Below are positions 29,119 through 39,779 of a stretch of DNA of 64,000 bases, in pieces. Numbering within the stretch: the first letter of the stretch is position 1; every line of letters starts with the position of its first letter. A program made the position numbers and the translations under genes. Where the stretch lies: NCBI GenBank assembly GCA_963716475.1, contig OY970314.1:436790-500789 (forward strand), written 5' to 3'. A model generated the notes under the pieces. The model saw nothing but the letters and a program-made list of their open reading frames with translations. It made no database searches and was not told where the DNA came from. This DNA comes from Candidatus Woesebacteria bacterium. GTDB lineage: Bacteria; Patescibacteriota; Microgenomatia; UBA8517.

Positions 29119-30169
29119 CTAAGATCATCACCAAACTGCTACCACCGTAGGAAATAAAAGGTAACGGGATTCCCGTCAAGGGGACTAAAGCTACCATCGA
29201 AGCAATGTTCAAAAACGCCTGTCCCCCAATCCACACGGTTATACCGATTGCGAGATTCTTGGAAAAAGTATCCGGAGCGTTACGGGCGATCTTTAATGCC
29301 AGCATAATAAAATAGACAAAAAGCGCAATTATTACTACTCCGCCTACTAGACCTAACTCTTCGGCAATCACGGCAAAAATCGAATCCGTTGAGGCTTCCG
29401 GGAGAAACGAATATTTTTGGAGAGAAGCACCGAGTCCTACGCCAAATATTCCGCCCGAACCGAGCCCTAAAAGGATCTGCCTCATGTGATAAGAATTCCC
29501 CAAAGGGTCCTGAGAAATTTGCAAGAATGTGAGAAGTCTTTCCTTCCTGTATGATGACAGGAGAATTAAAGGAATCCCTGCCAAAAGTCCTAAGACTACT
29601 GCCCCCAAAAGATACCAAAGATTTACACCTGAAACAAAAATCTGAGATATGCCTATCATAGCAATTATTAAGGCTGTTCCTAGGTCCGGTTGAAGCATAA
29701 TCAGGATGAGAATAATCAGAAGCGGGAGAAAATAGGCGATGGCTCCCTTAGCTTTGGATGCTAATTTCGCAAAATAGACACAAATTGCAAACTTAATTAC
29801 CTCCGAAGGTTGAAAATTGACAGGACCTAAAAATATCCAGCGCCTGGCCCCGAGAGCCGAAAATCCCAGACGCGGCAAAAGAACAATCACCAGCAAAATT
29901 AATGAAACAAAAAAAATCGGTGTTGCCAGTTTCTCCCAAAAGGTATATTTAATTTTTGAACAGACGAAAAGCAAGATTAATCCCACACCCGCCCATTCCA
30001 GCTGTTGCTTAAAAAGAAAAAACTTGTCCCCAAAGTTATTTAGTGCCTGAGGAGCCGAAACATCAGCAACAGCGACCAGGCCAATAGCCACAAAAGAAAT
30101 TATCAAAAAGAATAACCTTTTATCAATCGATTGTTTTTGCCTTGAAAGTTTTGATTTACCGTTTCTCAC
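29036..30169 (-). CDS. ftsW: SEDS-family lipid II flippase/polymerase FtsW
   Basis: 377 aa. SEDS C-terminal block LPLTGIPLPFISYGGSSLV. Located between mraY and murG. Confidence 0.8.
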   Translation of the reverse strand: MRNGKSKLSRQKQSIDKRLFFLIISFVAIGLVAVADVSAPQALNNFGDKFFLFKQQLEWAGVGLILLFVCSKIKYTFWEKLATPIFFVSLILLVIVLLPRLGFSALGARRWIFLGPVNFQPSEVIKFAICVYFAKLASKAKGAIAYFLPLLIILILIMLQPDLGTALIIAMIGISQIFVSGVNLWYLLGAVVLGLLAGIPLILLSSYRKERLLTFLQISQDPLGNSYHMRQILLGLGSGGIFGVGLGASLQKYSFLPEASTDSIFAVIAEELGLVGGVVIIALFVYFIMLALKIARNAPDTFSKNLAIGITVWIGGQAFLNIASMVALVPLTGIPLPFISYGGSSLVMILVACGILLNISRFAISETSYGTIKKQRK

Positions 30170-30181
30170 GTCTACCCTTCG

Positions 30182-31231
30182 TTAAATTGTCGCCAACCAA
30201 AGACCAAAAATCGCCAGAAGAAGACCAAACATCCAAGCCCTCATTACAATCTTGGGCTCCTGCCATCCCTTTGCCAATAGCGTGTGGTGAATCGGTGCTA
30301 ATGGAAAAATTGGCCTTTTAAGATATTTCCAGCCAAACATTTGAATGGCCGATGTCGCTACCTCTATTACAAAAACCCCACCGATAACAACAAGGGCAAT
30401 AATTTTTCCGGTAACAAGTCCGATTACTCCGAGCATGGCTCCGAAGGATAACGCCCCGGCATCTCCCAGGAAAATTCTGGCCGGCCAAACATTAAAATAC
30501 AAGAATGCGATTAGTCCCCCAACCCATAAAGACATAAAAAGTGAAAGAGGAGTGTCAAGATTCCCGGTAGCAATTATTTCAAAGGCAATTAAACAAATTA
30601 TCAATAGTCCCGCAGCAAGACCATCCAATCCGTCCGTGATATTAAAAGCATTCGTAAAGGCAACTATGACAAAAGCAGCAAAAGGTACATACCAAATCCC
30701 CAAATTAAAAACAATATTGAAAATGGGGATATTTATTATTTGAATTCCCAAGTATCTGTAAATAAAAAAACCAATAAAAAGAGCAAGAATGCATTGCAAG
30801 GCGAATTTATGCTTACGACGAAGGCCAAACCATAAGCCAAGTACGCCTTTTGTCGGTTTACTGAAAATCTTTAGAAGGTCATCTGAAAGACCCAAAAGGC
30901 CAAAAGAAATGAATGTAAAAAATATAATAAATAATTCTGCCCTTAGGGAAAAGGAACTCGTAATGTACATACCGAGGTACTCTGAAAGTGGAAATATTAT
31001 GGCAAACAAAATAGAAATCAAGGTTATAAGCAAAACCCCGCCCCCTACCGGCGTACCGGTCTTAATGTCATGCAGTCTGTCAAAAAGAGGAATTTTTCCG
31101 GTTTTAGGAGCCTCGCGTTTCCTGATTAATTTTAGTTTGTATAGAAGATCGATAAAAGGAACTATTAAAACAAAGCACATCAAAAATGAAAAAATAATAA
31201 GTCCCAGAGCCAGAGGTAAAAAATTGGCCAT
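30182..31231 (-). CDS. mraY: Phospho-N-acetylmuramoyl-pentapeptide transferase
   Basis: 349 aa, 10 TM helices. Conserved NAFNITDGLDGLA and HH loop motifs. Confidence 0.9.
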   Translation of the reverse strand: MANFLPLALGLIIFSFLMCFVLIVPFIDLLYKLKLIRKREAPKTGKIPLFDRLHDIKTGTPVGGGVLLITLISILFAIIFPLSEYLGMYITSSFSLRAELFIIFFTFISFGLLGLSDDLLKIFSKPTKGVLGLWFGLRRKHKFALQCILALFIGFFIYRYLGIQIINIPIFNIVFNLGIWYVPFAAFVIVAFTNAFNITDGLDGLAAGLLIICLIAFEIIATGNLDTPLSLFMSLWVGGLIAFLYFNVWPARIFLGDAGALSFGAMLGVIGLVTGKIIALVVIGGVFVIEVATSAIQMFGWKYLKRPIFPLAPIHHTLLAKGWQEPKIVMRAWMFGLLLAIFGLWLATI

Positions 31232-31303
31232 ATATACTACCTTTCAGATTATAACAGCATTCATTATGCCTCACAATTAAATTTCGAGGCCGGAAAGCGA
31301 CAA

Positions 31304-32518
31304 TCAGATAAGCGAGTCCACCAGTTTGTCAAGATGGATTGAGCGTGAGCCTTTAACAAACAGGGCTGAGTCCTTATTTAAAAGCGGCTCGAGTATCGGG
31401 AGTACTTCAGATTCGTTTGTCGTTAAAAAACACTTATTCTGACCCATAAGTTTTCCGGCTTCTTCAGCTACAAACCTCGAGGCACTGCCTACGCCAATAA
31501 GATAATCAAAGTTCATCTTCCCGATCTTTTTACCAAGTTCTTTATGAGAAGATTCTTCAAATTGCCCAAGTTCCAGCATATCGCCGATTACCGCGATCTT
31601 TTTTCTCGAATGTGCAAGTTTATTAAAAGTATCAAGCGATTCGCTCGCTGCTTTGGGGTTACTGTTATATGAATCGTCAAAGATTATCCCATGATTTTTA
31701 CTTCTAATAATGTTAAGTCTGTGTTTTAAATGTTTAAATTTTTCAATGCCGGCTGAAATACTCTCCAGCCCCAAACCTAGAGAGGACGCTGCGGCAGCAG
31801 CAGCAAGAGCGTTAGTTACAAATTGCACACCAAACGCCTTCATATGCACATTACGATTAATCTTTCCGGTAACCAGAGTGAACGATGTGCTTAAATCCTT
31901 ATTCAGACTGATATCTTTCGCATAAATATCACTACCCCTGCCGTACCAGCACACCTTGGCTTTTGTCGACTTGGCAAAAGTTTTAACCACGGGGTCCTCA
32001 AAATTTAAAACGGCTATTCCGTTTTCTGATAATGATTTTGTAAGCTTGCTTTTCTCAGAAGATACCCCTCCAACGTTTTTTAAAAATTGAGTATGTGTAG
32101 TTGCAATATTTGTTACAATGGCGATATCGGGTTTTACCAGCCACAAATAGTAACCCATTTCATTCACAAATTCGACTGACATCTCGAGGATCAAATATTT
32201 TGTACCCCAGGAGGTCTTCAGTATGGTATTGGGAATGTTATACACCGGGTCGATATTTTCTTCAGACCAACAGGTTTTGGCTTGTGTGCTTAGAATTGAT
32301 CCCAAAATTTCTGTGGTAGTTGTTTTGCCTGTGCTACCGGTTATTCCGATAACTTTAATCTTTGTGTACTTTTGAAGAAGTTTTAGATAGCGTCGCGCCA
32401 GTCGCCTCTTGACAGGGTGAATTATCCACTGAGATATCAAATTATGTGAAGCAAAAATATCTTCCGGCGGAAGCTCAGGCGTTACCCACCAACGGATTAT
32501 CGGATTAATTTTCCTCAT
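31304..32518 (-). CDS. murF: UDP-MurNAc-tripeptide--D-alanyl-D-alanine ligase
   Basis: Mur ligase P-loop IGITGSTGKTTT. 404 aa. Operon position before mraY. Confidence 0.75.
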   Translation of the reverse strand: MRKINPIIRWWVTPELPPEDIFASHNLISQWIIHPVKRRLARRYLKLLQKYTKIKVIGITGSTGKTTTTEILGSILSTQAKTCWSEENIDPVYNIPNTILKTSWGTKYLILEMSVEFVNEMGYYLWLVKPDIAIVTNIATTHTQFLKNVGGVSSEKSKLTKSLSENGIAVLNFEDPVVKTFAKSTKAKVCWYGRGSDIYAKDISLNKDLSTSFTLVTGKINRNVHMKAFGVQFVTNALAAAAAASSLGLGLESISAGIEKFKHLKHRLNIIRSKNHGIIFDDSYNSNPKAASESLDTFNKLAHSRKKIAVIGDMLELGQFEESSHKELGKKIGKMNFDYLIGVGSASRFVAEEAGKLMGQNKCFLTTNESEVLPILEPLLNKDSALFVKGSRSIHLDKLVDSLI

Positions 32519-33660
32519 TTAATAATTCTGGGTAAAAGTGGGTTTATCCTCGAAACCACTTCATAGTTTATTGTACCAATTTTCTTAGCCCATTCATCAG
32601 CAGAAACCTTTAAACCGTCTTTATTCCCCAATAAGGCAACTTCATCTTCCAGTTTAACTTTTTTAATATCAGTGACATCAATCATAATCATGTTCATTGC
32701 CACCCTGCCGACTACATTTGCATAATGACCGTTAATTATCACCCTGCCGATATTTGAAAGCCTCCTGTCGTATCCGTCTGAGTAGCCAACGGGTATAACT
32801 GCAATCTTTGTTTTTCTTGATGCGAACCATGTCTGGCCGTAACTGACCGACTCACCTACATCAATATACTTAATTTGGGCAACTATACTTTTCCAGGTCA
32901 GAACAGGTTTTAGTACCAAATTTCTTTTAAGAGCCAGAAGGGATACTCTCGTTTCAAGAGACATCCACCATCCGTATATACCAAATCCCACTCTTACCAT
33001 CGAAAAATGTGTTTCCGGATAAAGCAGAGTTCCTGCTGAGGCTGCAGTATGGATCAGGGGTGGGTGGAAACCCGCCTTTTTAACTGCTTTTAATGCCTTC
33101 GTAAATTCTGCAAGTTGCTTTCTGGCGAATGACGGATCCAGCGTATCTTCGATGTTTGCGTAGTGGGTATAAACGCCTTCCAGATAAAAAGCTTTCGGGT
33201 GGGCTTTAATAAATTTAAGAAAAACGGACAAGTCTTTTTCTTGAATACCCTGCCTGTTTAATCCTGTTTCAATCTTCAGATGAATTTTTGCTGGTTTATT
33301 CTGTTTTAGCGAGACAATTTTTCTCAATGTTTCAATGTTATAGACAACAAATGAAATGTTATTCTCAATAGTGGTTAAGACATTTGCCAGTGTCGTATAT
33401 CCGAGAATTAACACAGGCGTGGCGCCGTCAATTTCACGAATAATTAAGGCTTCATCAATATTATCAACGGCAAACACATCAACTCCATTCTTTAGGATAG
33501 GAATAATTTTCCTAAGGTCGTGTCCGTAAGCGTTAGCTTTTACGACAGCGGCTAACTTTACATTCTTGCCGATTCTTTTTCGGAAAACGGCTACATTATG
33601 AAGCAATGCGCCTTTCGAGACTTCAACCCAGCTCTTGTAAATATTGTTATTTAATTGCAT
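32515..33660 (-). CDS. alr: Alanine racemase
   Basis: PLP-Lys motif AAVVKANAYGHD. 381 aa. Confidence 0.85.
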   Translation of the reverse strand: MQLNNNIYKSWVEVSKGALLHNVAVFRKRIGKNVKLAAVVKANAYGHDLRKIIPILKNGVDVFAVDNIDEALIIREIDGATPVLILGYTTLANVLTTIENNISFVVYNIETLRKIVSLKQNKPAKIHLKIETGLNRQGIQEKDLSVFLKFIKAHPKAFYLEGVYTHYANIEDTLDPSFARKQLAEFTKALKAVKKAGFHPPLIHTAASAGTLLYPETHFSMVRVGFGIYGWWMSLETRVSLLALKRNLVLKPVLTWKSIVAQIKYIDVGESVSYGQTWFASRKTKIAVIPVGYSDGYDRRLSNIGRVIINGHYANVVGRVAMNMIMIDVTDIKKVKLEDEVALLGNKDGLKVSADEWAKKIGTINYEVVSRINPLLPRIIK

Positions 33661-34675
33661 ATCCGATAATTAGGTCTATTAGTTTTGGATAGGAAATTCC
33701 GGCGGCTTTTGCTTCCTTCGGCAATAACGATAGCTTTGTGAGTCCGGGTATTGTGTTAATTTCCAGAATGTACAATTTATTCTTTTTCAAAATAAAGTCA
33801 ACTCTGGCAAAACCCTTCGCACCTATAGCTCTAAATACTTCGATCGACAGTTTTTTTATCGCGTTCTCGTTCTTCTTAGAAATTCTCGCAGGAATAATCT
33901 CTTCGGACCCGCTTTCGCTATATTTGGATTCATAATCAAAAAACTCTCCTTTTGGAACAATTTCGATAGGGGGCAGAGCAATTAATTTGTCATTTCCCAG
34001 TACTCCGCACGTCAACTCAGTTCCTTCAATATACTCATCTATCAATACTTTATCCGAATATTTAAAAGCCTCTTTAACTGCACTCAAAAGTTGGATCTTA
34101 TTTCCGGCAATAGCGGCACCGACGGAAGATCCCTGATCATTTGGTTTAACAAAATAGGGAAAATTCCCGATCCTGCTCACAAGTTTTAAAATGTTTCTGT
34201 CCCTCCTGGTTACCACAATATATTTAGGAATGGCTAGATCGGCTTCTTTCATTAACTTTCGAAAAGTCTCTTTATCCATTCCGATAGCAGAAGCTAAAAC
34301 TCCGGAACCCGTATAGGGAATCCCCGTCAGTTCCAGCATCCCCTGAATTGTCCCGTCCTCGCCAAACGGCCCGTGCATGGCAATAAAAATAACGCTTGGC
34401 CCAATCCCCGATAGAGTTCCGACCCCTGGGATTAATTTTTCTTCGGAAAGAATAATCTCACGATTTGTCCCTTTCAATTTCAGAGGATTGACTAATTTTA
34501 GGAGTGAGTCCTTTGTGGTAAGTTTCCACTTCACTCCTGTTTTGGAAACAACGACAGGAAGTACTTTATATTTTCTGGAGTCCAAACTTGCAACTACATT
34601 TGTCCCGGAAAGAATCGAAACCTCATGCTCGGGTGACCTGCCACCCATCAAAACTATTACATTGGTTTTATTCAT
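33647..34675 (-). CDS. ddl: D-alanine--D-alanine ligase
   Basis: N-terminus VIVLMGGRSPEHEVSILSG and an ATP-grasp C-terminal domain. 342 aa. Confidence 0.85.
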   Translation of the reverse strand: MNKTNVIVLMGGRSPEHEVSILSGTNVVASLDSRKYKVLPVVVSKTGVKWKLTTKDSLLKLVNPLKLKGTNREIILSEEKLIPGVGTLSGIGPSVIFIAMHGPFGEDGTIQGMLELTGIPYTGSGVLASAIGMDKETFRKLMKEADLAIPKYIVVTRRDRNILKLVSRIGNFPYFVKPNDQGSSVGAAIAGNKIQLLSAVKEAFKYSDKVLIDEYIEGTELTCGVLGNDKLIALPPIEIVPKGEFFDYESKYSESGSEEIIPARISKKNENAIKKLSIEVFRAIGAKGFARVDFILKKNKLYILEINTIPGLTKLSLLPKEAKAAGISYPKLIDLIIGYAIK

Positions 34676-35547
34676 TCCAACTTTAGGACAGCTTCTTTAA
34701 ATTGCGCCCCTCTATCTTTATAATTTTTAAACATGTCAAAACTGGCCGATGCGGGAGAGAGAATTACCACTCCCCCTTTCGGACAAACTCTGTATGCCTC
34801 TTCGACTATCCGGTCCATGGAGGTCTTTCCGAGGTTGACAATGTTCTTGCCTTTAATACCGGATCCGATTTTCTCTCCGGTATTCCCTATCAACAGCAAA
34901 TTCTTAACATTATCCCTTTCCTCCAATTCATCCCTCAACTGCCCATAATCTAGCCCTTTGTCACTTCCCCCAAGAATCACGGTCTCCGGTTCGGTAAAGG
35001 ATTTAATTGCAGCAATAGTCGGCTGTGGCCCGGTGGCAAAGGAGTCATTATAAAAAGTAACGCCGTTAACCGTTCCTACCAGTTCGAGCCTGTGTTCAAG
35101 ACCCTTGAAAGATCTAACCGTTTTCAAAACAATGTCCTCTTTCACTCCGACAATTTTGGCAACGGCTACCGCAGCCGCAATATTCTCAAGATTATGTTCT
35201 CCGCGAAGTAATAAATTTTGCTTATATTTTCCCTCCAGACAGGCTTTTGAGAAATAGATGATCTTGCCTTTTGTAATCTTCGCAAAATTTTTAGGTGTTT
35301 CATATTCTTCATTTAATATCGCAAAATCGTCGGGGTTCTGGTGACTCACGATATTCTTCTTGGACTCGACATACTCCTCTTTATTTTTGTGCCAATCCAT
35401 ATGATCAAGGGTAATATTTAAAACTACCGCGATACTGGGGCTTTTAGTCATATCAATTAGTTGGAAAGAAGATAACTCCATGACGACCAGGCTATCTTTT
35501 TTCAGTTTCGGCAGAAGTTCTAAATAAGGCTTACCGATATTGCCCAC
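34672..35547 (-). CDS. murD: MurD (UDP-MurNAc-L-Ala--D-Glu ligase) C-terminal portion. Its frame is open up to 35706 and encodes the P-loop upstream of the called GTG start. It is disconnected from the MurD N-domain by a frameshift.
   Basis: The same frame, read upstream, gives GKIIGITGTKGKGTASTL (P-loop) and EKAGVEITSSLKIFF. These align to the MurD central domain. Confidence 0.75.
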   Translation of the reverse strand: MGNIGKPYLELLPKLKKDSLVVMELSSFQLIDMTKSPSIAVVLNITLDHMDWHKNKEEYVESKKNIVSHQNPDDFAILNEEYETPKNFAKITKGKIIYFSKACLEGKYKQNLLLRGEHNLENIAAAVAVAKIVGVKEDIVLKTVRSFKGLEHRLELVGTVNGVTFYNDSFATGPQPTIAAIKSFTEPETVILGGSDKGLDYGQLRDELEERDNVKNLLLIGNTGEKIGSGIKGKNIVNLGKTSMDRIVEEAYRVCPKGGVVILSPASASFDMFKNYKDRGAQFKEAVLKLE

Positions 35548-35683
35548 TAAATAAACATCCTTCCCCGCATTTTTGAGAATTTCATAAACCAGTGTAGAGG
35601 CGGTTCCTTTGCCCTTTGTTCCGGTTATGCCTATTATTTTTCCCGGACACTTATCAAAAAATATTTTTAAGGAGGATGTTATC

Positions 35684-38155
35684 TCAACTCCTGCTTTTTC
35701 CGGCTTTTACAATTTCCGAAAGGTATCTGTAAACTCCGGGGGAACGGACAATGATATCGTAGTCGTTTAAATTTTTGAGATAGCTTTTGTCATACTTTCT
35801 ATCGAGAATAGTAACTTCGTCCCCAAGATCCTTGAAATACTTCTCGGCATCCTGCCCCTCAAGACCGTAGCCAAGAATAGCTATCTTTTTCCCGGATCCG
35901 ATAAATTGGACTTCCGGTTCTAATTTAACTCCAAATTTCTTTTCTACGTCCTGAATTATCATTCTTGAGAGTCCGGCGATATCGGAATAACCGGCCTTAC
36001 CGGATTTGTTTATTAAAATAAGTGAATTTTTGGAAGACACGGCCGCACCCTTATATGTCTTACCTTTCCATCCCGCTTTTTCTATTAACCAACCTGCATA
36101 TAATTTGAATTTATTTCCAAAAGGAAAACTCGGTATCCCGGGAATTTCGGCTTCTACGATAGGATTTTTAAAGAAAGATCCTGCATTGCCGACTTCATTT
36201 GGGTCCTCCAATTTTTCCTGCCTTAAAGTCAGAACCGCATTTCTTATTTGTTCCAGGGAAGGTTTTTTTATATTTTGTTTATTAAGAATGTTTAAGAGAG
36301 ATTCATACTTAACTACCGGGTGTTTATTCCTATTCAATTTAAAAGTTACTGATGTAATCAGATATTTCTGCCAATTTTCCGGCTTTCTGAAAAAACTTTC
36401 TCTATATCCGAATTTACAATCGGCATTTGAAAAGTCTTTAAATTTCCCGGTTTCAAACTCGTAAGCCCTTACATTAAACAATGTGTCTTTGACTTCCTGT
36501 CCGTATGCACCGATGTTTTGAACAGGAGAAGCTCCGACTGTACCCGGAATACCGGACATGCATTCGATACCTTGATATTCATATTTAGCTGCATACTCGA
36601 CCAAATCGTCCCATTTCATTCCTGCTTGAGCTGTTATTTTGACATCTTTTACCTCATTAAGGGCCTCTTCCAGAGTACGGCCGCTGCCTGTAAATTTAAT
36701 CACAACACCGTTAAATTCCTTATCCGAAACTAAAATATCTGTCCCATCCCCTAATACGAAAATCGGTAAATTATTATCCTTTGCGTATTTAGTAGCCATA
36801 TCTATTTCTTTCCTGGTTTTAACTTCAAAATATTTTTTAATTTTTCCGCCGATTCTGAAAGAAGTCATCTCCGAAAACTTCGGTTCAATAATTTTTGCAA
36901 TTTTCCTGGCCCACAAGTAGCTTTTTCCTGCACCCATCACCAAAACTACATCGCCGGGTTTTAAATATTCATTTAAATATAAAAACATTTTACCGGCATC
37001 ACCGAAACAAATTGTGTCTTTATGATTGGATGCTTTAGCTATTGAATTCTCACTGATACCAAAATGCTCGGTATCCCTGGCTTCGAATATCGGGCCGATT
37101 ATAACTTTATCTGCCGAATCAAAAACCCCATTATAATTTGGAAGGAGTGCTTTGGTTCTGGAATATGAATGGGCTTCGTAGATTGCCCAAATTCTTTTAT
37201 CTTTATAGTTCTCTCTTAATGAATCGACTGTCGCTTTAATTGCCGTAGGATGATGGGCATAATCATCGTAAACTCCAATTCCGTTTCTTTCCGAAATTAA
37301 TTCCATTCGTCTGCCTACGCCGGGAAACTCCTCAAGCGATTTGGTAATTACACCTTCATTGATTTTTAAATACCTGCCTAATGCAATCACCCCTAGGGCG
37401 TTTGCAAGATTATGTTTTCCCATAATCTTAAGGTGCAGGTCCAAATTTTTATCTTTTAGTGAATATTTGATTATTTTTAAACCTGAAGTATCAATTTCCC
37501 CCAGCAATTTTTGCACACCGGGAGAGTCGGCGTTTACAATCAACACTTTTTCCCCCACCAAATTCCCGATAAACTTTTTGTAGCTATCAAAGATTTGTTT
37601 TTCCGATTTAAAATAATCCGGATGATCAAACTCTACATTATTCAAAATAATTATCTCCGGATGATAATTTAAAAAATTATCGTAAAACTCATCCGCTTCG
37701 GTTACAAAATATTTTCCTCTCCCAAACCTAGCTCCGCCCTGCCACTCCTTATAATTTGCACCTAGGTTAACCAGAGGGTCCAGTCCCGCGTCGGTTAGAA
37801 GTTTCCCGGCCATTGCTGTGGTGGTTGACTTACCATGAGTCCCTACAACACAAATTACTTTCTTTCCATTATGTAAATACTTACCCAAAAACTCCTGCCA
37901 GGTAATTGATATTCTCCTTTTTTCTCCCACGACCAGCTCGGGATCTTTGAATTTTTGAAAATAAACGGCCGGAGTTACCACCAGCAAATCAATATTTTTG
38001 AGGTGATCCGGTGAATGGCCATGAAAGAATTTATCTGAATACGCAGTACTTTCTTCAAGATCACATCCTGTTACGTTATACCCCATCTTTGAAGAAAGAA
38101 ATGCAATACCGGACATTCCGCTTCCCCCAATTCCCATCAGGTGAATATTTTTCAT
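35684..38155 (-). CDS. murC: Fusion protein: MurC (UDP-MurNAc--L-Ala ligase), MurB (UDP-GlcNAc-enolpyruvate reductase) and the N-terminal Rossmann domain of MurD, all in one frame
   Basis: MurC has MGIGGSGMSGIA and VVGTHGKSTTT. MurB has FRIGGKIKKY FAD-binding and NAGSFFKNP. The last roughly 70 aa, GKKIAILGYGLEGQD...IIVRSPGV, match the MurD N-domain. No stop or start separates the domains. Confidence 0.85.
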   Translation of the reverse strand: MKNIHLMGIGGSGMSGIAFLSSKMGYNVTGCDLEESTAYSDKFFHGHSPDHLKNIDLLVVTPAVYFQKFKDPELVVGEKRRISITWQEFLGKYLHNGKKVICVVGTHGKSTTTAMAGKLLTDAGLDPLVNLGANYKEWQGGARFGRGKYFVTEADEFYDNFLNYHPEIIILNNVEFDHPDYFKSEKQIFDSYKKFIGNLVGEKVLIVNADSPGVQKLLGEIDTSGLKIIKYSLKDKNLDLHLKIMGKHNLANALGVIALGRYLKINEGVITKSLEEFPGVGRRMELISERNGIGVYDDYAHHPTAIKATVDSLRENYKDKRIWAIYEAHSYSRTKALLPNYNGVFDSADKVIIGPIFEARDTEHFGISENSIAKASNHKDTICFGDAGKMFLYLNEYLKPGDVVLVMGAGKSYLWARKIAKIIEPKFSEMTSFRIGGKIKKYFEVKTRKEIDMATKYAKDNNLPIFVLGDGTDILVSDKEFNGVVIKFTGSGRTLEEALNEVKDVKITAQAGMKWDDLVEYAAKYEYQGIECMSGIPGTVGASPVQNIGAYGQEVKDTLFNVRAYEFETGKFKDFSNADCKFGYRESFFRKPENWQKYLITSVTFKLNRNKHPVVKYESLLNILNKQNIKKPSLEQIRNAVLTLRQEKLEDPNEVGNAGSFFKNPIVEAEIPGIPSFPFGNKFKLYAGWLIEKAGWKGKTYKGAAVSSKNSLILINKSGKAGYSDIAGLSRMIIQDVEKKFGVKLEPEVQFIGSGKKIAILGYGLEGQDAEKYFKDLGDEVTILDRKYDKSYLKNLNDYDIIVRSPGVYRYLSEIVKAGKSRS
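35689..35708. repeat. 10-nt near-perfect tandem duplication (minus strand AAAAGCCGGA / AAAAGCAGGA) at the murD frameshift point
   Basis: Read directly in the sequence. Removing either copy joins the murC-murB-murD' frame to the 'murD frame. Confidence 0.7.
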
Positions 38156-39693
38156 CGCTCAATTCTTAGAACTCTTCCCTTAAAGGCTTCTCTGGCAGCT
38201 TCTTCATCGGACCAAGGATATTCCTTTAGGCCATAGGCCATACTTCTTTCGTGACCTTTACCGCAAATCACGACAGTATCTCCCGGCTTTGCCAGTTTCC
38301 TGATTGCATAATAAACAGCCTCCCCGCGCTCGGGAATCTTCAGAAAATACTTAGACTTTTCATTATCAATTTTTAAATTCTTGGAAATTTCAACCGCTCC
38401 CTGGGACCTGGCACCTGATGCGATTCTATTAATGATTGCGGTGACTTTTTCACTCCTCGGATCCTCTGCAGTAATAACGGATATATCGGAAATTTTTCCT
38501 GAAATTTTTCCCATTTCCCTCCTCTTACTTTTGTCTCTTTCCCCGGCACAACCAAAAACCGAAATAAGCCTGCCCTGAGTAACTTTCCTGAGATAAGTCA
38601 AAACATTTAAAAGAGCGTTTGGCGTATGCGCAAAGTCGATAAAGACCTTAAAACTCTGACCTAAACTCACTTCCTGCAATCTCCCTGCCGGGGAATCAAA
38701 TGACCGGATTGCTTTAACTACCCGTTGAACCGGAATATCGTATATTTCAGCCACACTTATGGCCGCCATCATATTTGAAACGTTGTATTTGCCGTGAAGG
38801 TTACTGACAATTTTTGCGGGGTGTCCTTCATAATAGATATTAAATTCAAGTCCTTTTTGTGTATCTTCAATTTCCCTTGCCCTGGCGTCTACGTTACCTT
38901 TCAAACTATAAAAAAATACTTTCGTTTTTCGCGGTAACAACTTTTGTATCACTTTCCACGATTTATCATCTTTATTCAGCACTACCGTATTTTTGGCTAA
39001 CTTCAAAAAAGAAATTTTTACTTTTCTATAATTATCAAAATTCTTATGATAATCGAGGTGGTCGTGCGTAATATTGGTCAGGGCTGCCGTATCAAAATCT
39101 ACCCCGGCTATCCTTTGCTGATCAATACCGTGTGAGGTTACTTCAATAACTGCGTATTCGCAACCGGACTCAACCATTTTAGCCAAAAACGCCTGAAGTG
39201 AAACCGGGTCGGGATTTGTAACATGTAAACCTGTATCGAATTCCTTTTTCCCTACTTTGGCAAGAATTGTAGAAACTAAACCGACTTTCATACCGGCTGT
39301 AGCCAAAATGTGATAGATAAGATGACATGTTGTTGTCTTTCCGTCGGTTCCCGTTACTCCTATTATCTTTAGCTTCCTTGAGGGATACCCAAACCATGCA
39401 GCGGCCAGAACTCCCAAAACCTTCCTTGTATCGGCAACAACAATATATGTGGCATCGTTTGTATTTTCCGGTACTTTCTCACAGACAACCACGCTTGCGC
39501 CACTTTTTACCGCCTGCTTAATAAAATTATGACCGTCAAAATTTATACCCCTTACGGCAACGAAAATATAATCCTTTCCTACCTGCCTCGAGTCAGCGGT
39601 AATACCACGGGTAGAAGTATCGGAGCTTCCAAATAACTCAAATTTACCTATGTCTTTCAGTAAACTCCCGATCTTTTTCTTCATAGCCTCCAC
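38152..39693 (-). CDS. murE: UDP-MurNAc-L-Ala-D-Glu--diamino acid ligase
   Basis: P-loop IIGVTGTDGKTTT. Diamino-acid specificity region TAEDPRSE is DNPR-like. 513 aa. ATGA overlap with murC. Confidence 0.85.
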   Translation of the reverse strand: MEAMKKKIGSLLKDIGKFELFGSSDTSTRGITADSRQVGKDYIFVAVRGINFDGHNFIKQAVKSGASVVVCEKVPENTNDATYIVVADTRKVLGVLAAAWFGYPSRKLKIIGVTGTDGKTTTCHLIYHILATAGMKVGLVSTILAKVGKKEFDTGLHVTNPDPVSLQAFLAKMVESGCEYAVIEVTSHGIDQQRIAGVDFDTAALTNITHDHLDYHKNFDNYRKVKISFLKLAKNTVVLNKDDKSWKVIQKLLPRKTKVFFYSLKGNVDARAREIEDTQKGLEFNIYYEGHPAKIVSNLHGKYNVSNMMAAISVAEIYDIPVQRVVKAIRSFDSPAGRLQEVSLGQSFKVFIDFAHTPNALLNVLTYLRKVTQGRLISVFGCAGERDKSKRREMGKISGKISDISVITAEDPRSEKVTAIINRIASGARSQGAVEISKNLKIDNEKSKYFLKIPERGEAVYYAIRKLAKPGDTVVICGKGHERSMAYGLKEYPWSDEEAAREAFKGRVLRIER

Positions 39694-39779
39694 GCACGCC
39701 CCCTATTATACTAAATTCCCCGAACAAAGGCTTTCCCACAGGGTGAATTAGCACCTCCGTTAAGATATAATACGCCTGT

